A model generated the notes under the pieces. It ran no database searches. It worked only from the letters and a program-made list of their open reading frames with translations, and had not been told where the DNA came from. Positions 21,955 to 32,199 of a DNA stretch of 64,000 nucleotides are shown one piece after another. Numbering within the stretch: position 1 is the first letter of the stretch; each line of letters opens with the position of its first letter. Source of the stretch: Diplonema japonicum (lineage: Eukaryota; Protista; Euglenozoa: Diplonemea); NCBI GenBank assembly GCA_964019335.1, contig OZ025662.1:434001-498000 (forward strand), read 5' to 3'. Both the position numbers and the translations under genes were made by a program.

Positions 21955-23589
21955 CTGTAAAACGAAAAACTCCCGGACGGAAAAATGTCCGAGTTTTTTT
22001 GGCGTCCGGGAATTTTTCCGTCCGGGAATTTTTTTTAGGTAAGGCCGTCAGGGGGCCTGGTCCACTACCACCTACATACTGGCCTGGGCTGCAAACGGCA
22101 ACCGCGCGAAGAAACCCCCAGGGTTCCCTTTCTGCATCTTTGTCCTCCCTTGCTGCCCTGAGGCAATCAACTTGTCGAGCCTTCGTGTGGCCTACTACTT
22201 TCTTAATAGATGATTTACAGCTGCGTTCAATCCAATATCCATCGGTTGAACCATGTAGGTGAGCCCAGGGGGACAAAAGCAATGTGCACGTTTGCGCCTG
22301 CGAACCACTCTACGAACCCATAGGCATAGGTCGTGTGAGAGTTGTGGTCGCCGACAAGCAGCAGAATCGGCCCGTTCGGCAAAACCATGGGAATCGATGA
22401 TTTATAGCAAAAAGGAAGAAACAGCTCCGTAACCCAGATACCGAGTATCATAATTAGCCCAATGATTGGGCGATGTCGTTAGGCTCCATTCGGTAGGCGG
22501 GTGCTTGACCGGGGCACGGATAATCCCTGCCGGTTGCGTTTCCGCTTTGCCTTTGTATTTAACCATCCAGCCAAGGAAACAGCCAGCTGTTCGGTTATAG
22601 CCCGTTTTGTCCCCCAAGCCACGGACTTTTACGACCTTAGCACCCCTTTTTGTTTTGGTTTTTAACCCCGTATTCCAGACCAATTCCGGCCTTACTTTAT
22701 GGGTGTCGATTATGGACCTGAATTCCATGGTGAAACAGCGTGCCTCTCGTTGTCCTTCTCGTTTCCGGGCTTTCCGGAGGTGGCTTGCGGCTTTTGTCTT
22801 TCTTGCTGCAAAATTTTGTCAGCCTAGCCAGTGGAAAAGGACAGTGCCCCACCAAAGTCAACCAGGTCTGTCTTTCGGGCTGGATTGGCGCACAGCAGCC
22901 CTTCTGCATAGGTGCATATTTGTTGTGCTCGGATAGGCTCACCAAGCCCGTTTACCTATCGACTCAAGCAAAAATCTTTCAGCCCCCGAAGGATGCTAAA
23001 TCCTGTATTGGGCGATACGCAGCTATCACGGCGTCGCGGCGGCCAGGGTGTGGTAGGGTGGAATAGCAACGTCCAGTATTTCCGTCTGGAAGAAACCGGG
23101 GGCTCTGTTGAACCTGTTGCTGCCGTCTTCTGACCGAGGCAGAGGCCGCCAAGCTGCTTTCGGGGGTTTGTACTGGCCCGGTGTAAGGAGTTTATCTCAG
23201 GGGTGAGCTGGCCGGGGGTGTCAGCACCAAAGTTGGGCCCCTCACAAGCCAGCTGCTCAACGTGCCTTGGGTAGTCGAACTGGTCAATCTGACGAAAGAA
23301 GTACGGGTTTATGAGAAGTTAAAGATCCCGTGGGTGCTGTTTGTTGGTGCATTGAAAGGGGAAGAAAAATTCAAACTGCCACGCAGGGTGACATTTTGGC
23401 TCTGCACAAGGAATAAAGCCCTTCCAGGCAAACGTGGTGGGAGCTGCTACCCCCCTTAAATAAAAAAACTTCTTCCCAGAAAAACTCCCGGACGGAAAAA
23501 TGTCCGGGATTTTTTGGTGTCCGGGAGTTTCTCCGTCCGGGAGTTTTTCTGTCCGAGAATTTTTCCGTCCGACATTATTCGTTTTACAG
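21955..23589 (-). mobile_element. Decayed pogo/Tigger-like DNA transposon (Tc1/mariner superfamily, DDE_1 transposase remnant)
   Basis: TA|CTGTAAAACGAA ... TTCGTTTTACAG|TA terminal inverted repeats with TA duplication. Subterminal TCCGG/GGACGGAAAA repeats. Frameshifted minus-strand motifs 'VRPELVWN', 'YKGK', 'SPNHWAN', 'LLLVGDHNSH', 'PGLTYMVQPMDIGLN'. Confidence 0.9.
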
Positions 23590-24197
23590 TAAGCAAAAAA
23601 AAAAACTTTTTTTTTTGCTATTTACACACAACCGATCTATGTACGGGGGGGGAGAAAAAAAAACAAAAAAAAATATACTAATGTTCCAAAGCTTCCCCCG
23701 CCCCCGCCCCCATAGAGTGCACCCGATGGGACCCAATGACCGATTCGTGTCCTTGGTAACTTTATTGGTGAAGAAGGCCCCCCCCCCTTAAAATCTTTTT
23801 TGTTCAGTCTCGGCGTTAAACAGTTTTTTCTGAGTGACCTACCCTTGCTTTATCGGAAGTACTAAAAAAAAAAAAAGAAATCACTTTTATCGATTGCATT
23901 TGCATGCACCCCCCCCCCCCCCCACTCCATATTATTGTTACAAAGCCCCCCACCCCACCCCATCTTTATGATTTAGATAATTTAAGGTGTTTGTACGAAA
24001 ATAAAAGTACAGAAAAAAAAAGAAGGAAAAAAAAGTTCCCCCCCCCCCCCATAATTGGCGCCCTTTCTCGTAGCTCCTTCCTTGGTAAAGCTCTATCGTT
24101 AGCACCACCCAACTCTCTATCGCTTTTTTTTATAGCGGTTTTTTTGTTTTTTTTGTTTTATTGGGCAAGCTAGGGTTGGCAGGTTAGGTGTTTCTCG

Positions 24198-24235
<38 letters not shown>

Positions 24236-24349
24236 TGGGAGGGCAGTGTTTCTTCTTCTTCTTTTTTTTTTTTTTTTTTAATGTATCTTTTCTTTTTTTG
24301 TGCATTGTTTAACAGGGCCCTGTTGGTGGTGTACACAACAACTATCTGA

Positions 24350-24609
24350 ATGACCAGTACCACTGCCATGTCTGATGCAAGCGAGTTAATAAATAAGCAC
24401 AAAGAGTCACTAGTTTCTATGCAGGGGGCGTCAGGGCAGCTGGATGATCTGAGTGGGGTGACACTGAGCCGAAGACAGCGGCTTGGCAGGGCGGGGGCCT
24501 GCATCAATGAGGTATTTGGGAGGGGGGAAAAAAATTAAAAATGCAATAGGAACCTCAAGATCCAGGTTATCCAGAGCTGTCGTCGTACACTTTTGGTGAT
24601 TCGAAATGA
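24350..24609 (+). CDS. Possible small hypothetical protein (~73 aa), 2 exons; 5' end uncertain
   Basis: Island of balanced composition. A typical 38-nt intron at 24512-24549 (GTATTT..TAG) extends the frame to 'EPQDPGYPELSSYTFGDSK*'. Confidence 0.45.
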
Positions 24610-25833
24610 TCCCAACTTTTTACATGATTACAGCGCAGATTTAAAAAAAAAAAAAAAAAAAAAAAGAAAGCCTTCATTTTGAACTTTTTTTTATATTTTT
24701 TTTTATTATTATTATTCCCTCCCTTCTCCACCATCCTTCTAATCTGGTAAGTTAGTTCTTTTGTTTTAAACTACCTCCTTTTTTTTTTTGTGTGTTGTTG
24801 TTGTTGTTGTTGGTGGAGATATAAAGAAGTACATCAGATGTGTTGTTCGCTGTTGGCCTCTTCTTCAGTCACCGGTGGCACCCGAGTGGAAGAATGTATT
24901 GCAGATGCTCAGGGTGACGAACAGCACGGCAGCAACAAACTGCTCGGTAATCAAGTAGCCAGTGCTTGTGCAGGGCGCCACCGACACTGGCATTCCTTTG
25001 GAATTGAAATATCTTTTTCTTTTTCTTTTTTCTTCTTTTTTTTAAAGAGAAGTGAGCACGGAAGAATTTTCATTATTCGATGTGAATACATAACTATCTC
25101 TTTTTTTTTTTTTTTTTTTTTTCTCTCTTTTTATTAGCCGGCCAGGAATCGTGATGACCCATCACCAATATTTTTAATTCATCTTTCTTTCTTCTTTTTT
25201 TTTGTATTAAACACTTCCTACGGCAGGCTCTATTATTAGCTGAAACCTGTTAAGGGCGATGTGGCTATCTATTGCGCGGGTTGTTGAAACAGTTCTCCTT
25301 CCCATCATAGTGATTTATTAATTTTTTTCAGCATAAAGAAAGGGAATGGAAAAAAAAAAAAACGAGAAAAAAAAATGTGAATAAGAAAACGAGGAAAAAA
25401 AAAAAAAAAAAAAAAAAAAGAGGGGAACCGTGCTTTTTGTTTCCTAGGACAGGTACGCCGTGCTCCTTCAAGTACCCAGCAACGGATGTGTTTTGTTGTG
25501 TTTCTGTGGAAGAAGTACCTTATGCCCACCCCTTCCCTTCCCCCATTCTATTCACCTCCCGGCTAAGCATGCTGGTACTCTTTTCACTTTGTCCAGAAAA
25601 CCTCTGGAAAGTTCGACCTCCAAAAAGAAGAGAAAAAAAAAAGAAATTGGAAAGAAATCATTAAACAAAATGAAAAAAAAAAGAAATAGGTGAGGGTGCC
25701 TCCCCCCCCCTTTTTTTCCCCCTCCCCTTTATTTCCTCGTTTCTCTGGTATACTTTTTTATTGTCTCTACTACTTGGGGTGAAAACAAAACAAAGGAGGG
25801 AGGGAGGGAGGGAGGGAGAGGTCTATCTCCCAT

Positions 25834-28800
25834 ATGTCCTTCTATGTGCCACCAGATGTTGCAACAACGAAATGGGTGAAACCTGATGGCTACAAGAACG
25901 TCCCGTTCTCGGGGACAGCAAGTGAGTACAGGGCGGAATACACAGAGAAACACGTGGACTTTGAAAGGGGCCATGGGACAACAGGGATGAACCCCTTCCA
26001 GCACAGCAGGGAAGCACTAGACGCGAAATCAGTGTATGCAAGAGACTACACTCCGAAAGAGGCAGAGCTGAACCCAAGCATCCACCCAAGCGTAAACCTG
26101 CAGCCAGGGGGCGCCTTCTCAGGAGAGACAACATATGGGCAGACCTACCTCCCATCAGAGGGGGCCTTACAGGTGTCATTCAAGCCAGGGCAAGCGCTTC
26201 CTGAGTTTCGGCCTTTCGATTCCTCCACAACGTACACGCAAGACTACCCTCCGAAGCATGTTGATAGAGAGGGGGCTGTCCGTCCCCATAGCACACTCAC
26301 CCAGGACATCCCTTTCACCGCAAGTACTTCGTACAATGCGGAGTACTTACCTGTTACTGGTGCCCGCCCTGACCTCGCACGCCCACCCTACAACCCCCTC
26401 CCTAACGAGCCCTTCAACGGTGTGTCATCCTACAAAACGGAGTACTCACCTAAGAGAGGGGAACGAGCCGAGCAAGTTGTCCGCCAGCACCAAGTGGCCA
26501 CAGGCGCCTTTGACGGGACCACAACTTATGGTGCTGATTTCCTTCCCAACGACGCATCTCGTCCACCCAGTGCACGCCCTGCACAGTACCTTCCTGAAAG
26601 CAAGCCTTTTGATGGGACTACCACCTATGGTGTTGACTACTTGCCTGGTGAGTTTCAAAAGAGGGAGAGTGCGAAGCCGAAAGATGTCGCTGTGCCGTTC
26701 AGGCCTTTCGATGGCACCACTTCGTACAATGCAGAGTACTCACCCAAGCGGGGGGACAGGGCTGAGCAGGTCGTTCGTCAACACCAGTTGACCACAGGGC
26801 CCTTTGATGGCACTACAACTTATGGTGCCGACTTCCTTCCCAATGACGCATCTCGTCCACCCAGTGCACGTCCTGCACAGTACCTTCCTGAGAGCAAGCC
26901 TTTTGATGGGACTACTACCTATAATGCGGATTACCTGCCAGGTGAGTTTGAACGGAGGGAGAGTGCGAAGCCGAAAAATACCGTCATGCCAAACAGGCCT
27001 TTTGATGGCACCACTTCCTACAACGCGGAGTACTCACCCAAGCGGGGGGACAGGGCTGAGCAGGTTGTGAGGGAACACAAGCCTGTGTCAGGTGGTGCTT
27101 TTGATGGCACCACAACATATGGTGTTGACTACCTGCCAGGTGCGTATGAAAGGAGGGAGAGTGCGAAGCCAAGGAGTGTTGTCACGTCTAGCAAGCCGTT
27201 CGATGGCACCACTTCGTACAATGCAGAGTACTCACCCAAGCGGGGGGACAGGGCTGAGCAAGTAGTGAGGGAACACAAGCCTGTGTCAAGTGGTGCTTTT
27301 GATGGCACTACAACTTATGGTGCTGATTTCCTTCCCAATGACGCATCTCGTCCACCCAGTGCACGTCCTGCACAGTACCTTCCTGAGAGCAAGCCATTTG
27401 ATGGCACCACCACTTATGGTGCGGACTATCTGCCTGGTGAATATGAACGGAGGGAGAGTGCAAAGCCGAAAAATACCGTCATGCCAAACAGGCCTTTCGA
27501 TGGCACCACTTCCTACAATGCGGAGTACTCACCTAAGAGGGGGGACAGGGCTGAGCAAGTAGTGAGGGACCACAAGCCTGTGTCGGGTGGTGCTTTTGAT
27601 GGCACTACCACCTACGGCGCTGACTTCCTTCCCAATGAGACATCTCGTCAGCCTAGCGCACGTCCTGCACAGTACCTCCCTGAGAGCAGGCCATTTGATG
27701 GCACCACCACCTATGGTGCAGACTACTTGCCTGGTGAGTTTGAAAAGAGAGAGAGCGCGAAGCCAAAGCACGTCGCTGTGCCGAGCCGGCCTTTTGATGG
27801 CACCACGTCGTACAATGCAGAGTACTCACCCAAGCGGGGGGACAGGGCTGAGCAAGTAGTGAGGGAACACAAGCCTGTGTCAAGTGGTGCTTTTGACGGT
27901 ACCACCACCTATGGTGCCGACTTCCTTCCCAATGACGCATCTCGTCCACCCAGTGCACGTCCTGCACAGCACCTCCCTGAGAGCAAACCATTTGATGGCA
28001 CCACCACCTATGGTGCTGATTACCTGCCAGGTGCGTATGAGAGGACGGAGAGTGCAAAGCCGAGAAGTACTGTTCTGCCAAACAGGCCTTTTGATGGCAC
28101 CACTTCCTACAACGCGGAGTACTCACCCAAGCGGGGGGACAGGGCTGAGCAGGTCGTCCGCCAGCACCAAGTAAACACTGGTACCTTTGATGGTACTACT
28201 ACATATGGTGCTGATTTCATTCCCAACGCTTATGAAAGGACTTCAAGTGCGAAGCCGAAGGACACTGCCATACCCAACAGGCCGTTTGATGGCACCACAA
28301 CCTACAATGCTGACTTTCTGCCTAGTGAGCTTGAACAACGGGAGAGCGCGAAACCGAAGGACCGTGCCATGCCGTACAGACCTTTCGAAGGCACCACTTC
28401 GTACAATGCAGAGTACTCACCGAAGCGAGGTGAACGGGCTGAACAAGTCGCGAGGGAGCATAAACCTGTGTCTGGTGGTACCTTTGACGGCACCACCACT
28501 TATGGTGCTGACTTCCTTCCCAACGAAGCGTCTCGTCCGCCCAGTTCGCGCCCCACACAGTTCCTTCCTGAGAGCAAGCCATTTGATGGCACCTCCACCT
28601 ACAATCTCAACTACCTTCCCACCACGTACGAGAAGACAGCAAGCGCGAAACCGAAAGATCGTGTTATTCCGAGCCAGTCTTTTGATGGAACTACGTCATA
28701 CAATGCAGAGTACTCACCGAAACGTGGAGACCGGGCTGAGCAAGTAGTGAGAACTCACAAGCCTGTGTCGAGTGGCGCCTTTGACGGCACCACCACCTAC

Positions 28801-31659
28801 GGTGCTGATTTCCTTCCCAACGAAGCATCTCGTCCACCCAGTGCACGTCCTGCACAGTACCTTCCTGAGAGCAAGCCATTTGATGGCACCACCACTTATG
28901 GTGCGGACTACCTCGCCAGTAATTCTGGAAGGCAAATAAGTGCGAAGCCTAAGGACAAGGCTGTGCCATACAGGCCGTTTGAAGGCACCACATCATACAA
29001 TGCGGAGTACTCACCCAAGCGTGGAGACCGGGCTGAGCAAGTCGTCCGCCAGCACCAAGTAAGCTCTGGTACCTTTGATGGCACCACGACATATGGTGCC
29101 GACTTTCTTCCAAGTGCTTATGAAAAGACTATTAGTGCGAAGCCAAAAGACCGCGCTGCACCAAGCCAGCCTTTTGAAGGCACCACATCCTACAATGCAG
29201 AGTACTCACCCAAGCGGGGGGACAGGGCTGAGCAGGTCACGAGGGACCACAAGCCTGTGTCGAGTGGAGCCTTTGACGGGACCACAACTTATGGTGCCGA
29301 CTTCCTTCCCAATGACGCATCTCGTCCACCCAGTGCACGTCCTGCACAGTACCTCCCTGAGAGCAAGCCATTTGATGGCACCACCACTTATGGTGCGGAC
29401 TATCTGCCTGGTGAATTTCAAAAGAGGGAGAGTGCAAAGCCGAAAAATACCGTCATGCCAAACAGGCCTTTTGATGGCACCACTTCCTACAACGCGGAGT
29501 ACTCACCTAAGAGGGGGGACAGGGCTGAGCAAGTAGTGAGGGAACACAAGCCTGTGTCGGGTGGTGCTTTTGATGGCACTACCACCTACGGCGCTGACTT
29601 CCTTCCCAATGAGACATCTCGTCAGCCTAGCGCACGTCCTGCACAGTACCTCCCTGAGAGCAAGCCATTTGATGGGACGTCCACATACAACGCCGACTAC
29701 ATTCCTAGCGCTTACGGGAAGCCTCAAAGTGCAAAGCCAAAGGATCGTGCTGTCTTGAGCCAGCCTTTTGAGGGCACCACATCATACAATGCAGAGTACT
29801 CACCCAAGAGAGGAGAGAGAACTGAGCAGGTTATCCGCCAGCACCAGGTGACCACTGGTGCCTTTGATGGCACCACCACCTATGGCTCCGATTACTTGCT
29901 GAGCACCTACGAAAGGACTACCAGCGCAAAGCCAAAAGACCGTGCCATGCCAAGCCAGCCATTCGATGGCACCACTTCGTACAATGCAGAGTACTCACCT
30001 AAGAGGGGGGACAGGGCTGAGCAAGTCACGAGGGACCACAAGCCTGTGTCGGGTGGTGCTTTTGATGGCACCACTACTTATGGTGCTGACTTCCTTCCCA
30101 ATGAGACATCTCGTCAGCCTAGCGCGCGTCCTGCACAGTACCTTCCTGAGAGCAGGCCATTTGATGGTACTTCTACTTACAACGCTGACTTCCTAGCCAA
30201 CGACCCTGCAAAACGAGTTAGCGCGAAGCCAAAAGACCGTGCGTTGCCGTTCAGGCCTTTCGATGGCACCACGTCGTACAATGCAGAGTACTCACCCAAG
30301 CGGGGGGACAGGGCTGAACAGGTTGCGAGGGACCACAAGCCTGTGTCTAGAGGACTCTTCGATGGCAACACCACCTACGGGTCAGACTACCAGCCCAGCG
30401 CGTATCAGAAGAGGGAAAGTGCGAAGCCGAAAGACAAAGCCTTCCCAAGCCAGCCCTTCGATGGCACCACTTCGTACAATGCAGAGTACTCACCTAAGAG
30501 GGGAGACAGGGCTGAGCAAGTAACGAGGCAACACAAGCCTGTGTCGGGTGGTGCTTTTGATGGCACCACTACTTATGGTGCTGACTTCCTTCCCAATGAG
30601 ACATCTCGTCAGCCCAGTGCACGTCCTGCACAGTACCTCCCTGAGAGCAGGCCATTTGATGGCACCACCACTTATGGTGCGGACTATCTCGTCAGTGATC
30701 GTGAAAGGCGAGAAAGTGCGAAGCCGAAGGACAAGGCTGTGCCATACAGGCCGTTTGAAGGCACCACATCATACAATGCGGAGTACTCACCCAAACGTGG
30801 AGATAGATCGGAACAGGTTGCGAGGGAGCACAAGCCTGTGTCGAGTGGGCGGTTCGACGACAGGACGACATACGGCAGCGACTACATGAGGAACAAGGCG
30901 GAGAGGAGGGCGAGCTCACGGCCGCCGCAGTCGGTGATGAAGGAGCGCGCATTCGACGGGACGACAAGCTACCAAGAGCAGTACACAAAAAAGAAAACAG
31001 AGCGGTCGAGGTCTGTTGGGGCTGGAGACAGAAGGATGTCCAGCGGGCCCTTCAGCGGGAACACAACATATGCCAGTGATTACCAGCAGAAGGTAAGTCA
31101 GAGGAGGGGGAGTGTTAGACCATCGACAAGCTCCGTGAGCCGACAAAGGTTCGAAGGGGTGAGCTCGTACCAATCTGACTATGGCAATGTGCTGTTGTCA
31201 CCAAAGCAGCAAGCATGGGACAGAGATGCAACACCCTCCAGGTCCTCACGGAGGCATGTGGGAGGGGGGGATTCCTTCCCGTTCAATGGCAGGGATGATC
31301 TTACGTCTTCCAAAAGACGTCGGGCCTCAACGCCAGGGCCGAGGAGCTCTGACTTCAAGGTCCACGAATTTCAGGTATTCAGGTCCCATACTCCAACAAA
31401 AACGAAACCTTACAGAGCGAGACGTCATACCAGCAGCAGTACAGCCAGAAGCCTCTTACCCCTCAGACATCTCGTGCCAGGGGTCGGTCCTCAAGCGTTT
31501 TGCCGAGCACTCCTTTCGAAGGGTATTTATTTTCTTCTCCCTCTCTTAGACACTTTTAACAGGAAATCGAGCTACTCTGCCGATTTTTCGCCCAAAACAG
31601 GCTCCCGCGCGCCTCGCGTGAAGCCTAAAGACAACAATATCCTGCCCTTGTCGCGTTAG
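25834..31659 (+). CDS. Giant SAXO/FAM154/MAP6(STOP)-type microtubule-stabilising protein with tandem Mn-like motifs; 3 exons
   Basis: Over 50 repeats of ~33 aa with core F-[DE]-G-T-T-[ST]-Y-x-x-[DE]-[YF]-x-P. Introns 31375-31415 and 31523-31562 restore two more repeats (FQSETSYQQQY, FEGKSSYSADF). About 1914 aa after splicing. Confidence 0.85.
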   Translation: MSFYVPPDVATTKWVKPDGYKNVPFSGTASEYRAEYTEKHVDFERGHGTTGMNPFQHSREALDAKSVYARDYTPKEAELNPSIHPSVNLQPGGAFSGETTYGQTYLPSEGALQVSFKPGQALPEFRPFDSSTTYTQDYPPKHVDREGAVRPHSTLTQDIPFTASTSYNAEYLPVTGARPDLARPPYNPLPNEPFNGVSSYKTEYSPKRGERAEQVVRQHQVATGAFDGTTTYGADFLPNDASRPPSARPAQYLPESKPFDGTTTYGVDYLPGEFQKRESAKPKDVAVPFRPFDGTTSYNAEYSPKRGDRAEQVVRQHQLTTGPFDGTTTYGADFLPNDASRPPSARPAQYLPESKPFDGTTTYNADYLPGEFERRESAKPKNTVMPNRPFDGTTSYNAEYSPKRGDRAEQVVREHKPVSGGAFDGTTTYGVDYLPGAYERRESAKPRSVVTSSKPFDGTTSYNAEYSPKRGDRAEQVVREHKPVSSGAFDGTTTYGADFLPNDASRPPSARPAQYLPESKPFDGTTTYGADYLPGEYERRESAKPKNTVMPNRPFDGTTSYNAEYSPKRGDRAEQVVRDHKPVSGGAFDGTTTYGADFLPNETSRQPSARPAQYLPESRPFDGTTTYGADYLPGEFEKRESAKPKHVAVPSRPFDGTTSYNAEYSPKRGDRAEQVVREHKPVSSGAFDGTTTYGADFLPNDASRPPSARPAQHLPESKPFDGTTTYGADYLPGAYERTESAKPRSTVLPNRPFDGTTSYNAEYSPKRGDRAEQVVRQHQVNTGTFDGTTTYGADFIPNAYERTSSAKPKDTAIPNRPFDGTTTYNADFLPSELEQRESAKPKDRAMPYRPFEGTTSYNAEYSPKRGERAEQVAREHKPVSGGTFDGTTTYGADFLPNEASRPPSSRPTQFLPESKPFDGTSTYNLNYLPTTYEKTASAKPKDRVIPSQSFDGTTSYNAEYSPKRGDRAEQVVRTHKPVSSGAFDGTTTYGADFLPNEASRPPSARPAQYLPESKPFDGTTTYGADYLASNSGRQISAKPKDKAVPYRPFEGTTSYNAEYSPKRGDRAEQVVRQHQVSSGTFDGTTTYGADFLPSAYEKTISAKPKDRAAPSQPFEGTTSYNAEYSPKRGDRAEQVTRDHKPVSSGAFDGTTTYGADFLPNDASRPPSARPAQYLPESKPFDGTTTYGADYLPGEFQKRESAKPKNTVMPNRPFDGTTSYNAEYSPKRGDRAEQVVREHKPVSGGAFDGTTTYGADFLPNETSRQPSARPAQYLPESKPFDGTSTYNADYIPSAYGKPQSAKPKDRAVLSQPFEGTTSYNAEYSPKRGERTEQVIRQHQVTTGAFDGTTTYGSDYLLSTYERTTSAKPKDRAMPSQPFDGTTSYNAEYSPKRGDRAEQVTRDHKPVSGGAFDGTTTYGADFLPNETSRQPSARPAQYLPESRPFDGTSTYNADFLANDPAKRVSAKPKDRALPFRPFDGTTSYNAEYSPKRGDRAEQVARDHKPVSRGLFDGNTTYGSDYQPSAYQKRESAKPKDKAFPSQPFDGTTSYNAEYSPKRGDRAEQVTRQHKPVSGGAFDGTTTYGADFLPNETSRQPSARPAQYLPESRPFDGTTTYGADYLVSDRERRESAKPKDKAVPYRPFEGTTSYNAEYSPKRGDRSEQVAREHKPVSSGRFDDRTTYGSDYMRNKAERRASSRPPQSVMKERAFDGTTSYQEQYTKKKTERSRSVGAGDRRMSSGPFSGNTTYASDYQQKVSQRRGSVRPSTSSVSRQRFEGVSSYQSDYGNVLLSPKQQAWDRDATPSRSSRRHVGGGDSFPFNGRDDLTSSKRRRASTPGPRSSDFKVHEFQVFRSHTPTKTKPYRARRHTSSSTARSLLPLRHLVPGVGPQAFCRALLSKGIYFLLPLLDTFNRKSSYSADFSPKTGSRAPRVKPKDNNILPLSR
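26430..30890 (+). repeat. Coding tandem repeat, ~99-nt unit with higher-order ~297-nt (sometimes ~198-nt) period
   Basis: Recurrent 'TACAATGCAGAGTACTCACCCAAGCGGGGGGACAGGGCTGAGCA' and 'GATGGCACCAC' blocks inside the SAXO-like CDS. Confidence 0.9.
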
Positions 31660-31783
31660 GATAGTAGGAAAAAGCACGATGCGAGATGATAAGATCCGAT
31701 GAACAAAAAAAAAAAAGTAGTAACTTCTCCTCCCTAGATAGATAAAAGAATGTTTTTGTTAAATCTCACACACGCACTAATTT

Positions 31784-31823
<40 letters not shown>

Positions 31824-31929
31824 CATGTACAAGTATATTAGAACAAACAACTAGAAAGCCTCTCTTGGCTTTTTCTGCTATTTTTCTCTCCCCTTCCACT
31901 CTTAGAAACCTTGTTAAATCTGCTATTGT

Positions 31930-31964
<35 letters not shown>

Positions 31965-32199
31965 AGTTATTTATTTTTCAAGCTGAGTTTTTAGAAGGGG
32001 AATTTTAAAAAAAAAAATCACAGGGTCAGAGGGAGGGAGGGAGGGGGGTGTGATTGTCTTTTTTTCTGTTCGTGTATTTTTATAGTAAAGAAAAAGGGGA
32101 AGGGGGAGAGGAGGAGGAATCACGGAGGGGGGGAAAAAAAAAAGAAGGAAATAATTTATAGAAAGAAATATTTTAACAAAAAAGGCTTTTTTTTTTTAA

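Noticed and set aside
26430-30890. Regularly spaced repeats resembling a CRISPR array
   Set aside because: Repeats vary at synonymous positions within one long ORF, the 'spacers' are themselves repeated, and the context is eukaryotic with no cas genes.
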